In this document: one piece after another, positions 1-9,452 of the stretch | Position numbering within the stretch: the stretch's first letter is position 1 | Layout of the letters: each line of letters opens with the position of its first letter | Assembly (NCBI RefSeq): GCF_048270095.1 | Contig: NZ_JBLWTL010000001.1 | Location: 80,544-144,543 of the forward strand | Direction: 5' to 3' | From: Maricaulis sp. | GTDB taxonomy: Bacteria > Pseudomonadota > Alphaproteobacteria > Caulobacterales > Maricaulaceae | Length of the DNA stretch: 64,000 nt | Made by a program: the position numbers and the translations under genes | Notes under the pieces: generated by a model | Told to the model about the DNA's origin: nothing | Databases searched by the model: none | The model's input: only the letters and a program-made list of their open reading frames with translations

Positions 1-1164
1 CAGTGGATCGGTACGTGGGTCCAGCCGGTCGGAACCGCGTTCATCAGCCTGATCCGCATGCTGATCGTGCCGCTGATCTTCACCACACTGGTCTCCGGCA
101 TCATCGCCATGGGTAAACCGGCCAAGCTCGGTACGCTCGGGCTGAAGACGATCGGCCTCTATCTCGTCACCACACTCTTTGCCAATATCATCGGCCTGAC
201 CTTTGGCACGATCTTCCAGCCGGGCCGCGGCGCCGATCTCGGCAATGTCGAAGCCGTTCCCGTTTCCACTGACGCGCCGTCCATCACGGACCGCCTGCTC
301 GAAATCATCCCGACCAATCCGATCGCGGCCCTTGCCGACGGCAATGTGCTCTCGATCATCTTCTTCTCGATCTTCCTCGGTGTCGGCATCCTCGCCACCG
401 GCAAGGTCGGCAAGCCGGTCGCTGACCTGTTCAATTCGGCCTCCGAAGTCGTGCTCAAAATCACCCATTATGTGATGGAAGTGGCGCCCTATGGCGTCTT
501 CGCCCTGGTCTCCTACACCGCGGCCAGCCAGGGGCTGGAATCGCTGCAATCCGTGCTGGTCCTGATCGTCGCCGTCTATCTCGGCCTGATCACCCATGCG
601 CTGGTCACTTATGGCATCCTGGTCCGCATCGTGCTCAACCTGCCGCTGGCGCGCTTCTTCCGTGGCCTGACCGATCCGATTGCCGTCGCCTTCTCGACAG
701 CGTCGTCTTCGGCAACCCTGCCCGTCACGATTGCCGCGGCAGAAGACAATCTCGGCATCAAGAAGTCGGTCGCCGGTTCGGTCCTGCCGCTCGGCGCCAC
801 CATCAATATGGATGGCACCGCGCTCTATCTCGGCATTCTGGCCCTCTTCACCGCCCAGGCCTTCGGCTATGACCTGACCTTCATGAATTACGTCATGATC
901 GCCCTGACAGCCGCCATCGTCTCGATCGGGGCCGCCGGCATTCCATCGGCCTCGCTCTTCCTGCTGGCGATCGTGCTGCAGACCTTCGACGTCTCGCCGG
1001 AACACACCGCCATCATCGTCGGCTTTATCCTGCCGGTCGACCGCATCATGGACATGGCCCGCACGGCCGTGAACGTGACCGGTGATGCCGCCGTCGCAAC
1101 GGCGGTGGCCAAATGGGAAGGCGAACTCGACGAGGACGTTTTCCGGGCGCCCGCCAAGGTCTAA
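1..1164 (+). CDS. Dicarboxylate/amino acid:cation symporter (DAACS/SDF family), 5'-truncated by the window edge
   Basis: Frame is open from base 1. Signature motifs FSTASSSATLP, LPLGATINMDGTALY and SIGAAGIP are present. Confidence 0.93.
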   Translation, partial: QWIGTWVQPVGTAFISLIRMLIVPLIFTTLVSGIIAMGKPAKLGTLGLKTIGLYLVTTLFANIIGLTFGTIFQPGRGADLGNVEAVPVSTDAPSITDRLLEIIPTNPIAALADGNVLSIIFFSIFLGVGILATGKVGKPVADLFNSASEVVLKITHYVMEVAPYGVFALVSYTAASQGLESLQSVLVLIVAVYLGLITHALVTYGILVRIVLNLPLARFFRGLTDPIAVAFSTASSSATLPVTIAAAEDNLGIKKSVAGSVLPLGATINMDGTALYLGILALFTAQAFGYDLTFMNYVMIALTAAIVSIGAAGIPSASLFLLAIVLQTFDVSPEHTAIIVGFILPVDRIMDMARTAVNVTGDAAVATAVAKWEGELDEDVFRAPAKV

Positions 1165-1265
1165 TTGGCCAGACAGACACCGCGCCTGAATTTTTTCCGG
1201 AAACCGGTGATCCATTCTGAACCCGGCAACGTATCTTCCTTGCGTCCCAAAGCAGGAGAAGTCGT

Positions 1266-1604
1266 TTGCCCTCAATCTCGCGCCTGCTCCTGCTTGTCCC
1301 AACGCTGGTTCTGACCGCCCTGATCATCTGGGCGGTCAGGGCTGGGAATTTTGGCGCTGCCGGGGACTGGCTGACCGGCGAGCCTTGGGGCATCGTGACA
1401 CTCACCGACCTGTATTTCGGCTTTTTTCTCAGCGCACTGGTGATTGGTGCGACCGAACGGCGCTGGCTGCCAGCCCTGTTCTGGATCCTTCCCGTCTTCG
1501 TGCTCGGCAATATCTGGACCGGGCTTTGGTTTGTCTGGCGCTGGCCGGAATTGCTCAAGAGGCTGCGCCCTGCCACTGAGTCCGGACAGGCCGGTCCCGC
1601 CTGA
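1266..1604 (+). CDS. Small membrane protein, DUF1475-like
   Basis: TTG start preceded by AGGAG. Hydrophobic segments and WGIVTLTDLYFGF / LGNI motifs. Confidence 0.65.
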   Translation: MPSISRLLLLVPTLVLTALIIWAVRAGNFGAAGDWLTGEPWGIVTLTDLYFGFFLSALVIGATERRWLPALFWILPVFVLGNIWTGLWFVWRWPELLKRLRPATESGQAGPA

Positions 1605-1818
1605 CCCGGCCCGGACCACCGAGCCTCCGGCGTGCCCAAGATCACGCTTCAATCGGGCCAATCGCCCTATAAAGCCGCCCGCGGGATCGCCCGGAAAAGT
1701 GGCAAAAGGTCCAATTTGAACCTTTTTGGGGACAAAGTTTCAGCCAATTTGGGGCCATTATCATTCATTAACGGACTCAGGTTCGAATTTGATCAGCCGA
1801 TATGTCGTGGGGACCGGT

Positions 1819-2022
1819 ATGAGCAGAACAGCGAGACACAACGGATCAGTGATCAAGTCGGCCATGCTGTGGCTGACAGTCGGCGTCATGCTGGCCTCTG
1901 TCTATGGCGCCGTCCTGGCCGCCGCACCCGACCCGCGCCCGCGCAATCTGTTTGCGGACCCGCAGCCGGCCCCGATGATCACCGCGAGCAATGAATTTGC
2001 CGGCGAGACTGCCGACCGCTAG
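1819..2022 (+). CDS. Hypothetical small membrane-anchored or secreted protein (67 aa)
   Basis: ATG at 1819 is in frame with the 1726 ORF. One hydrophobic segment (AMLWLTVGVMLASVYGAVLA) followed by a Pro-rich tail. Confidence 0.45.
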   Translation: MSRTARHNGSVIKSAMLWLTVGVMLASVYGAVLAAAPDPRPRNLFADPQPAPMITASNEFAGETADR

Positions 2023-2055
2023 GACCGCATGGCCCGGTTTTCCTCTCATCCAGCT

Positions 2056-2084
2056 TGACTCATCGCCCGCCCGCGCGTAAACGC
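2056..2084 (+). promoter_or_regulatory. Sigma70-like promoter for ffh
   Basis: TTGACT-N17-TAAACG about 170 nt upstream of the ffh start. Coordinates approximate. Confidence 0.4.
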
Positions 2085-2257
2085 CGCCACTTATCACGCA
2101 AGCCTTACCGCTTGTCTTACCTGCACATCCGTCCCGGCCAGCCGGGATACGGGGGAGGCAGGCGAGATCCCCGCCCGGCGAAGTTTTCGCTCAGCGGGGT
2201 CGAATTGCTTTGCGCCTTTGGCGTGGAATTGATTGAAACAGGCAGGACCGGATACGC

Positions 2258-3781
2258 ATGTTCGACACACTGACAGACAGGCTTGGCGGCATATTCGACA
2301 CACTCACCGGGCGCGGCGCGCTGTCGGAGAAGGATGTCGATGCGGCCCTGCGCGAAATTCGCGTCGCCCTGCTGGAAGCCGATGTCGCCCTGCCGGTCGT
2401 CAAATCCGTCACCAAACAGATCCGCGAACGCGCCATTGGCGAAGACGTCATCCGTGCCGTCGCGCCGGGCCAGCAAGTCGTCAAGATCGTCCATGACGCG
2501 CTGGTCGACCTGCTCGGCGGCGATGGCGAGCCGGAAGGCCTCTATCTCGAAGGCGAGCCGCCGATTGCCATTTTGATGGCGGGTCTGCAGGGCTCGGGCA
2601 AGACCACCACCGCGGCCAAGCTCGCCAAGCGGATCACCGAGAGCCACAAGAAGAAAGTCCTGCTCGCCTCGCTCGATACGCGCCGTCCCGCCGCGATGGA
2701 GCAATTGCAGCAGCTCGCGACCCAGATCAATGTCGCCTTCCTGCCGATCGTGCCGGGCCAGAAAGCCGTCGACATTGCCAGGCGCGCGATGAGCGCCGGC
2801 CGTCTTCAGGGCTTCGACGTCGTCATTCTCGATACCGCCGGCCGCACCTCGATCGATGAAGAAATGATGGGCGAGGCGAAAGCCATTGCCGATATCACGC
2901 GTCCGCATGAAACCCTTCTGGTCGCCGATGCACTGACCGGCCAGGATGCCGTCAATACGGCCGCGAAATTCCATGAACGCCTGCCGCTGACCGGCCTGGT
3001 GCTGACCCGGATGGATGGTGATGGCCGCGGCGGTGCGGCGCTGTCGATGCGCCATGTCACCGGTCTGCCAATCAAATTCCTCGGTGTGTCCGAAAAGACC
3101 GATGGTCTCGACGCCTTTGATGCCCGCCGCGTCGCCGGCCGCATCCTCGGCCGCGGCGATATCGTCTCACTGGTCGAAAAGGCCAGCCAGGATATCGACC
3201 AGGCGCAAGCCGAACGCATGGCCAAGAAGATGGCCAAGGGCAAGTTCGACCTCGACGATCTGCGCGAACAATTCAGCCAGCTCAAGAAGATGGGCGGGCT
3301 CGGTTCGATCATGGGCATGCTGCCGGGCATGAACAAGGCTGCCAAGGCGCAAGCCGCGGCCTCGGGCATGGATGACAAGATGCTGACCCGTCAGGAAGCC
3401 ATCATCCTGTCGATGACGAAGGCCGAGCGCGCCAAGCCGGAAATTCTCAAGGCCAGCCGCAAGAAACGCATCGCCGCCGGTTCCGGTGTCGAAGTGGCCG
3501 ACGTCAACAAGCTGATCAAGATGCACCGGCAAATGGCCGACATGATGAAAAAGGCCTCCAAGGGTGGCCGTGGCGGTCTGGCTGGCATGATGGGTGGCGG
3601 CGGCATGCCGAAAGGCATGGGCGGCCCCGCTGCCGGCGGCCAGCAGCCCTCGCTCGGCCAGATTCCCAAGGATTTCCCCGGCCTTGGATCATCCAGACCC
3701 GCTTCACCATCCGGCCTGCCCGGCCTCGGTGGCACCCCGCTCGGACCCGACGGCCTGCCGATCGGTTTCCCGAAGAAATAA
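2258..3781 (+). CDS. ffh: Signal recognition particle protein Ffh
   Basis: [10 protein letters not shown]-loop, [15 protein letters not shown] and a Met-rich M domain. Confidence 0.99.
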   Translation: MFDTLTDRLGGIFDTLTGRGALSEKDVDAALREIRVALLEADVALPVVKSVTKQIRERAIGEDVIRAVAPGQQVVKIVHDALVDLLGGDGEPEGLYLEGEPPIAILMAGLQGSGKTTTAAKLAKRITESHKKKVLLASLDTRRPAAMEQLQQLATQINVAFLPIVPGQKAVDIARRAMSAGRLQGFDVVILDTAGRTSIDEEMMGEAKAIADITRPHETLLVADALTGQDAVNTAAKFHERLPLTGLVLTRMDGDGRGGAALSMRHVTGLPIKFLGVSEKTDGLDAFDARRVAGRILGRGDIVSLVEKASQDIDQAQAERMAKKMAKGKFDLDDLREQFSQLKKMGGLGSIMGMLPGMNKAAKAQAAASGMDDKMLTRQEAIILSMTKAERAKPEILKASRKKRIAAGSGVEVADVNKLIKMHRQMADMMKKASKGGRGGLAGMMGGGGMPKGMGGPAAGGQQPSLGQIPKDFPGLGSSRPASPSGLPGLGGTPLGPDGLPIGFPKK

Positions 3782-3827
3782 TCTCAAACCCGAATCCACC
3801 AGACATGAACCCGAAGGACTAGATACA

Positions 3828-4319
3828 ATGTCTCTTAAAATCCGACTGACCCGTGGCGGTACCAAGAAGCGCCCTTATTACCGTATCGTCGTTGCTGACG
3901 CCCGCGCCCCGCGCGATGGCCGTTTCATCGAAAAGATCGGCTCCTATAATCCAATGCTGCCGAAAGACGCCCAGCGCGTCGTGCTCGATCTGGAAAAGGC
4001 CAAGGCCTGGATCGCCAAGGGCGCCCAGCCAACCGATCGCGTGGGCCGCTTCATCCATGACGCCGATGCCAGCGCCTGGGCCTGGACAGCCAGCTCCAAC
4101 CCGAAAAAGGGTGAGCCAGGCCAGAAAGCCAAGGAATTGGCCACTGAAAAGGCCGAGAAGGAAGAAGCCCGCAAGGCCGCTATTGCTGAAGCCAAGGCTG
4201 CCTCCAAGGCCGCCAAGGAAGCGCCAGCCGAAGAAGCTCCTGCTGAAGACGCACCGGCTGCTGAAGCTGAAGCCGAAGCGCCTGCCGCTGAAGCTGCTGC
4301 TGAAGAAAAGTCCGAATAG
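3828..4319 (+). CDS. rpsP: 30S ribosomal protein S16 with an Ala/Glu/Lys-rich C-terminal extension
   Basis: [35 protein letters not shown]; GGA RBS; position in the ffh-rpsP-rimM-trmD-rplS operon. Confidence 0.99.
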   Translation: MSLKIRLTRGGTKKRPYYRIVVADARAPRDGRFIEKIGSYNPMLPKDAQRVVLDLEKAKAWIAKGAQPTDRVGRFIHDADASAWAWTASSNPKKGEPGQKAKELATEKAEKEEARKAAIAEAKAASKAAKEAPAEEAPAEDAPAAEAEAEAPAAEAAAEEKSE

Positions 4320-4357
4320 GCTTTTTGCCTGTTCGCATGACAGACCGTCCTTCGCCT

Positions 4358-4384
4358 CCCCGCCCGGCCTTGTGCCGGGCGGGG
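4358..4384 (+). repeat. Perfect 11-bp GC hairpin between rpsP and rimM
   Basis: CCCCGCCCGGC-CTTGT-GCCGGGCGGGG. Confidence 0.6.
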
Positions 4385-4414
4385 CTTGGCGTGGCGGCTT
4401 GAAAGACCCTTATC

Positions 4415-4966
4415 ATGACCGCAAAACCCGCCGCCGATCTCGTCTTTGTCGCTGCCATCGCGGCGGCGCACGGCGTGCGGGGCGAGTGCAAGGTCAAGAG
4501 TTTTACCGGCGATCCGGAAGCCGCCTTCAGCTATGGCCCCTTCCTCGATGCCGCCGGCAAGGAAATCCTGCGCGCCAAACGCTGGCGCCCGGTCAAGGAT
4601 GGCTGGGTTGTCGCTTTCGAGCAGGAATTGAGCCGCGAGGACGCAGCTGCGCTACGCGGCACGCAGCTCTTCGTCCCGCGCTCCGCCCTGCCAGAGCTGG
4701 ATGAGGAAGAATACTACCATTCCGACCTGATCGGCCTCACCGTCCAGGGCCTCGATGGCGCGCCCATGGGCAAGCTCAAGGCCGTGCATGATTTCGGTTC
4801 CGGCGATTTGCTTGAAATCACCGGCACGCCCGATCGCACCGGCGACTGGTATCTCCCCTTCACCCGCGACTTTGTCCCCCACATCGCGCTGAAGGACGGC
4901 CTGATCACGATTGATCCGCCCGAAGAGGTGGGGTCGAAGGAAGAAGAAGCGGGCGGCGAAGGCTAA
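4415..4966 (+). CDS. rimM: Ribosome maturation factor RimM
   Basis: AHGVRGECKVKSFT, EEYYHSDLIGL, DFGSGDLLEI; operon context. Confidence 0.98.
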   Translation: MTAKPAADLVFVAAIAAAHGVRGECKVKSFTGDPEAAFSYGPFLDAAGKEILRAKRWRPVKDGWVVAFEQELSREDAAALRGTQLFVPRSALPELDEEEYYHSDLIGLTVQGLDGAPMGKLKAVHDFGSGDLLEITGTPDRTGDWYLPFTRDFVPHIALKDGLITIDPPEEVGSKEEEAGGEG

Positions 4967-5009
4967 AGGGCCGCCGAGGCGCCAGCTTGGAAACGCAAGC
5001 GCGAGGCCG

Positions 5010-5147
5010 TCACCAGCTCCGCCCCGGACTGCGTCCGGCGCACCTCTTCCATCAAGGAAGAGGAGGGGGTTTGTGCTGACCGGCCTCGATAATCGCCCAC
5101 CTCTTCCTTGATGGAAGAGGTGGCCGCGAAGCGGTCGGAGCTGGTGA
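5010..5147. repeat. REP/RIME-like inverted pair of palindromic units
   Basis: Left arm 5010-5063 (TCACCAGCTCCG...CACCTCTTCCATCAAGGAAGAGG) and right arm 5098-5147, whose reverse complement is TCACCAGCTCCGACCGCTTCGCGGCCACCTCTTCCATCAAGGAAGAGGTG. Each arm contains its own CCTCTTCC/GGAAGAGG hairpin. Confidence 0.8.
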
Positions 5148-5210
5148 GGATGCCGGGCACCGGCGGTAGCCGATTTGGCGACTTATCCCCCACGCCCGAC
5201 AATGATCCCA

Positions 5211-5293
5211 CGTCATCCCGGCGTACGCCGGGACCTCGACGTGGCAGGGTCGGAGCCCATGATATCGAGGTCCTGACTTTCGTCAGGATGACG
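5211..5293. repeat. Second REP-like composite palindrome of a different sequence family
   Basis: CGTCATCCCGGCGTACGCCGGGACCTCGA (5211-5239) faces TCGAGGTCCTGACTTTCGTCAGGATGACG (5265-5293) as an inverted repeat. Each arm has an internal hairpin. Confidence 0.8.
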
Positions 5294-5711
5294 AATTTTG
5301 AGTGATGTTATCCCCACCCCATCAACCGGCGCGCATACTCCAGCTGTTCCGGTTGCACGGGAGGCGTGAGCCAGTCACTTGCGGCAATCGGGAGCGTGGA
5401 GCCCATCCGCACGGAGGCGTGACAGCCCGAGTTCCGGTGGGGCCATGATCGGGGAAGTGAGGCATTAGGGCTCGACCAATCTTCCACGGTCATTTCGAGG
5501 CAGGGCCCGCGAGGGACCTGAGTAAAACTCCACGTGTGGGACGTCACGGATGTCTCAACTTAACTCTTGCCCTAACCGGCATTCGCCGGCGTCCCGCACA
5601 CCTCCCAACACGGGGAGGACACCTCAAACCTCCAGCGGCGAGCCGCGTGGAGATTTTGGTGCACTCCCGACAACTGGCGAAGCTGCCCCATCCCTGCTAC
5701 ACCCCCGCGCC

Positions 5712-6449
5712 ATGACCGAAACCCCGACCCAAACTCCCTGGACCGCGACGGCCCTCACCCTCTTCCCCGAGGCCTTCCCTGGCGTGCTTGATGTGTCGCT
5801 GATCGGGAGTGCTGCGAATCGTGGACTTTGGGCGCTTGAAGCTGTGGACATCCGGGAGTTTTCCCGTCATAAGCACCGCTCCGTTGACGATACTCCGTCT
5901 GGCGGGGGTGCTGGTATGGTGCTCCGGCCTGATGTGGCGGCAGCGGCGATCGATGCGGTGCAGTCTCGCTGGAGTGGTGAGAAACGGCCGCTGATCTATT
6001 TGACACCCCGGGGACGGCCTCTTTCTCAAGCGCGAGTGCGGGAATGGGCGGCTGGTCCCGGTATTGCCGTGTTTTGCGGACGCTTCGAAGGCCTCGATCA
6101 AAGGGTCATTGAAGCACGCGACATGGAAGAGGTCAGTGTCGGCGATGCCGTGCTGGCCGGGGGCGAAGTCGCCGCTCAGCTTCTCATCGAAGCCTGTGTG
6201 CGATTACTCCCCGGCGTGCTGGGTGACCCGGCCTCGGCCGAAGATGAGAGTTTCGAGGGCGACCTCCTTGAATATCCTCACTATACGCGACCGCGCGTTT
6301 GGGAGGACAGGGAGACACCCGAAGTGCTGCTCTCGGGGCATCATGGCCGGATCGAGGCCTGGCGCCGCGAGATGGCAGAAGAGATAACGAAGAAGCGCCG
6401 ACCGGACCTTTGGTCCCGGTTCCTGGGGCGCAAGGAGAATGCGCGATGA
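5712..6449 (+). CDS. trmD: tRNA (guanine37-N1)-methyltransferase TrmD
   Basis: [44 protein letters not shown]. Start reassigned to the ATG at 5712. Confidence 0.98.
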   Translation: MTETPTQTPWTATALTLFPEAFPGVLDVSLIGSAANRGLWALEAVDIREFSRHKHRSVDDTPSGGGAGMVLRPDVAAAAIDAVQSRWSGEKRPLIYLTPRGRPLSQARVREWAAGPGIAVFCGRFEGLDQRVIEARDMEEVSVGDAVLAGGEVAAQLLIEACVRLLPGVLGDPASAEDESFEGDLLEYPHYTRPRVWEDRETPEVLLSGHHGRIEAWRREMAEEITKKRRPDLWSRFLGRKENAR

Positions 6450-6844
6450 ACACGATCCAGCAGATCGAACAAGAAGAAGCGACCCGCGTCCTCGGCGACA
6501 AGGTCCTGCCTGATTTCGCCGCTGGCGATACGCTGCGCGTTCACGTGCGCATCAAGGAAGGCGAACGCGAACGCGTCCAGGCCTATGAAGGCGTCTGCAT
6601 CGCTCGCAATGGTGGGGGCCTCAATGAGAGCTACACCGTCCGCAAGATCTCCTTCGGTGAAGGCGTCGAGCGCGTTTTCCCGATGTATTCGCCCAATGTC
6701 GAGCTGATCGAAATTGTCCGCAAGGGCAAGGTTCGTCGCGCCAAGCTGTATTATCTGCGCGAACGTCGCGGCAAGTCGGCCCGGATCACCGAGCGCACCA
6801 CCGGTCGTGGCATCGTCAAGCGCGAGCCAAAGAAGAAGGGCTAA
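6446..6844 (+). CDS. rplS: 50S ribosomal protein L19
   Basis: [28 protein letters not shown] and [10 protein letters not shown]; AAGGAG RBS. Confidence 0.99.
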   Translation: MNTIQQIEQEEATRVLGDKVLPDFAAGDTLRVHVRIKEGERERVQAYEGVCIARNGGGLNESYTVRKISFGEGVERVFPMYSPNVELIEIVRKGKVRRAKLYYLRERRGKSARITERTTGRGIVKREPKKKG

Positions 6845-6867
6845 GCCCTCTCTTCCTTACCGAACAG

Positions 6868-6902
6868 AAAACGCCCGCTGGTCAACCAGCGGGCGTTTTT
6901 TT
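6868..6902 (+). terminator. Rho-independent terminator after rplS (probably bidirectional)
   Basis: AAAACGCCCGCTGG-TCAA-CCAGCGGGCGTTTT followed by further T residues. Confidence 0.9.
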
Positions 6903-7008
6903 ACGTCTTATTAACGGGTTCTGGCCGGTTTTGCGGCCCGAGTCCGGATATGCGGGTGTCCGGTCAAGCGGTTACGGCCAAACCTGCAATTCAGGACTCC
7001 CGGACCGT

Positions 7009-7416
7009 CTAGCCCTCTGAGGCCTCAATCTTGTGCATGTCCTCATCGGACAATCCGAAATGATGCCCGATTTCATGCACCAGGACATGGCTGACCAATT
7101 CGCCAAGGGTGACGGTCTCGCGCTCCGCCCATTCATCAAGAATCGGCCGGCGGAACAGGAAGACACGTGAGGCTTCCGGCGTCGGGTCGAGGCTCGATTG
7201 CTGGGTCAGATCCACGCCCATATAGAGCCCGCTCAGCTCGAACGGGTCTTCCAGCCCGACCGCCTCCAGCATTTCCGCATCGGCGAAGTCGGCAACGAAG
7301 AGCTCCACATGGCCGCACATGGCACGGTAGGCCTCGGGCAGGCCTTCCCAGGCGCCCCGCGCCAGGGTTTCAAAGTCCGACAGGGTCGGCGGCATCAGAT
7401 TGGCGATTGTGGTCAT
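7009..7416 (-). CDS. Minimal zincin-like metallopeptidase (DUF1025 type)
   Basis: HVLVHEIGHHFGLSDED (HExxH), LSGLYxG and FLFRRPI motifs. Confidence 0.85.
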   Translation of the reverse strand: MTTIANLMPPTLSDFETLARGAWEGLPEAYRAMCGHVELFVADFADAEMLEAVGLEDPFELSGLYMGVDLTQQSSLDPTPEASRVFLFRRPILDEWAERETVTLGELVSHVLVHEIGHHFGLSDEDMHKIEASEG

Positions 7417-7514
7417 GGGGGAATATCCGGTTTTGCTGAGACGCCTCTAACCGGGATTGCCCTCCAGTGCACGCACCAATGCCGCCGCGAACTGGCGGCA
7501 GCAACTTGTCAGGC

Positions 7515-7529
7515 GAACAAAAAACGAAC
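7515..7529 (+). promoter_or_regulatory. Alphaproteobacterial LexA (SOS) box upstream of mmcB
   Basis: GAAC-AAAAAAC-GAAC is an exact GAAC-N7-GAAC match, ending 11 nt before the ATG. mmcB is a known SOS gene in Caulobacter. Confidence 0.85.
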
Positions 7530-7540
7530 AAACTGGCGGG

Positions 7541-8023
7541 ATGACCCTTTCCGACGTCGCCTCCGACCGCAATCCGCAGATCGATGATGCCCAGGCGCTG
7601 ATGCGCGGCGCGGCCCGCCTGCTCTGGCAGATGGGCTTCAGTGCGATCCCGGAATTCTCCCTGCCCGATGGCCGCCGCGCCGATCTGGCCGCGATCGGGC
7701 GCAAGGGCGAGATCACCATTATCGAGGTCAAATCCGGCATCGCCGATTTCCGCGCCGACAATAAATGGACCGATTACACGGGGTATTGCGAGCGGATCTA
7801 TTTCGCCGTTTCGCAACGCTTTCCGCGCGAAGTGATCCCGGAGCATGCCGGCCTGATCATCGCTGACGGGTTTGGCGGTGCCATCATCCGCGAAAGCCCT
7901 GTCCTCACCCTGGCCCCGGCCCGGCGCAAGGCCCTGACCCTGCGCTTCGCCCGCGCTGCCGCAGACCGGCTGATGCGCGTCGGCGAGGGCGAGCAAGCCG
8001 GCTACAGTGTCGAAGACAGTTGA
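7541..8023 (+). CDS. mmcB: MmcB family DNA repair endonuclease (PD-(D/E)xK fold)
   Basis: EFSLPDGRRADL...IIEVKSGIADFRADNKW..Y..YC.RIYFAV; the SOS box supports the start at 7541. Confidence 0.88.
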   Translation: MTLSDVASDRNPQIDDAQALMRGAARLLWQMGFSAIPEFSLPDGRRADLAAIGRKGEITIIEVKSGIADFRADNKWTDYTGYCERIYFAVSQRFPREVIPEHAGLIIADGFGGAIIRESPVLTLAPARRKALTLRFARAAADRLMRVGEGEQAGYSVEDS

Positions 8024-8035
8024 GCCGGCGTGCGG

Positions 8036-8416
8036 TCAGGCCTCCGGCTTGACCCGCCAGGGCGGATCGATCCGGTTGACGCCGCCATAATAGAGCTTGA
8101 TGACATGGCCGTCCGGGTCACGCAGTTTGGCCTCACGCCAGAGCCAGCTCGTATCGGCCGGCTCGGCCTCGAACTCAAAGCCCTCCGCCTGCAGCGCCGC
8201 GACTTCATCATCGAGCGCCTCGCATTCCAGGTAGATCACGGCGCCGGGCACAATCGGCTCCGACGTCAGGTGCAGTGAAAACGTCGTGTCGCCCTGCGGG
8301 GCGAGGAAGCGGGAATAATGCGGCGAATCGACCAGAAGCCGAAAACCGAGCCGTTGGTAGAAATCCCTGGATCGTGGAATATCACTGACCGGAATCGTCA
8401 GCTGGTTCAGACGCAT
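8036..8416 (-). CDS. VOC/glyoxalase family protein
   Basis: LNQLTIPVSDIPRSRDFYQRLGF and WLWREAKLRDPDGHVIKLY. Confidence 0.85.
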   Translation of the reverse strand: MRLNQLTIPVSDIPRSRDFYQRLGFRLLVDSPHYSRFLAPQGDTTFSLHLTSEPIVPGAVIYLECEALDDEVAALQAEGFEFEAEPADTSWLWREAKLRDPDGHVIKLYYGGVNRIDPPWRVKPEA

Positions 8417-9452
8417 GGCTCGCTCCTGTGTAATCGGCAATCTCGTCAAGCGGACGCAAGAGCCGGTTGAGGCTGAGATCGCTCAGCAAATAGGCCCATC
8501 CCGCTGTGCGGGCATTGATCGCATCAGCCGCCGCCCGCCCGCCATCGGTGACCGCAACCGCACTGATAACGGCCCAGCGCGTCTCGCCCAGGGCCAGGAT
8601 TTCGAGGCTGACCCGCAGGCCGGAAAAGGTCTCCTCGACATGGCGCCCCACCGGTTCCCCGCGCAGCCGGTCGGCCTGGCGCACATCGCGGAAACGGATT
8701 CGCGACAGGGCCGCGGACGGGCCATTGCCGGCACCGGCCGTGATCGGCCGCCATCCGCCCGGTTCGCGCAGCGAGAAATTACGCGCTGAACGGCCGGCCC
8801 GCTCGAACACATAGGCCGGGCCCCGCTCGGGTGTGATCAGGGTTCGGGCGATATCGGTCGGGTCGAGGGCGAGGAAATCGAGATCAATCCAGCCATCGGC
8901 GAGGGCGATGGCGGGGATCGCCGCGGTCCCGCCTGACAGCTGTGCGGCATAGCTTCGCGGCCGGTCCGGAAAACGCAGATAGACGCGTCCATTACGCGCG
9001 GCGCCGATCATGATGTCAGTCAACACCAAGCCATCATCGCCGCGCACCGTCAGCCGTGTGCCGGCACCGGGCTCACCGGCCTCGGCCAGTTCCAGCCGCG
9101 CATGTTTGGCCGGATCGGCCGTGCGAGCGCCGACATAGCTCAGATCGGCGAGGAAGGCGTCCAGCTCGGCCAGACGCTCGGGAATGACCGGATGGCCGTC
9201 GCGGCTCGGCATGACCCAGCCCGCACCGCTGCGCGTCAGGGTGAAGTGATCCTCCGGCCCGGTAATTTCGATTTCCCGTGCATTGGCGACGCTGGCCGAC
9301 CAGTCAGGCAGAACCGGCCCGCTGACATCGGGACGCCAGTCTCGCTGGATCTGTAGCGCAACCGAACCCGCACCGGCGGCCAGCAGCAAGATCGCGGCAC
9401 CGCCGACGATCACCAGCTGGCGCAGTCTCTGACGATCCATCGGCCGGCTCAT
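8382..9452 (-). CDS. DUF4340 domain membrane-anchored protein
   Basis: Single N-terminal TM segment, then TLTRSGAGWVMPSRDGHPV...A.LEL. Follows a GldG-like gene, which is the usual context. Confidence 0.7.
   Translation of the reverse strand: MSRPMDRQRLRQLVIVGGAAILLLAAGAGSVALQIQRDWRPDVSGPVLPDWSASVANAREIEITGPEDHFTLTRSGAGWVMPSRDGHPVIPERLAELDAFLADLSYVGARTADPAKHARLELAEAGEPGAGTRLTVRGDDGLVLTDIMIGAARNGRVYLRFPDRPRSYAAQLSGGTAAIPAIALADGWIDLDFLALDPTDIARTLITPERGPAYVFERAGRSARNFSLREPGGWRPITAGAGNGPSAALSRIRFRDVRQADRLRGEPVGRHVEETFSGLRVSLEILALGETRWAVISAVAVTDGGRAAADAINARTAGWAYLLSDLSLNRLLRPLDEIADYTGASHASEPADDSGQ

Noticed and set aside
1632-1818. ORF 1632-1994 and recurring CCAATTTG words in the AT-richer spacer
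   Set aside because: The ORF has no protein-like features. The repeated word is short and may be ordinary promoter sequence.
4200-4316. GCTGAAG-type repeats at the end of rpsP and the Gly/Pro-rich tail of ffh
   Set aside because: Low-complexity C-terminal tails common in alphaproteobacterial S16 and Ffh, not DNA repeats.
5010-5293. CRISPR array or IS element
   Set aside because: The units are inverted rather than direct repeats with spacers, and no cas or transposase gene is present.
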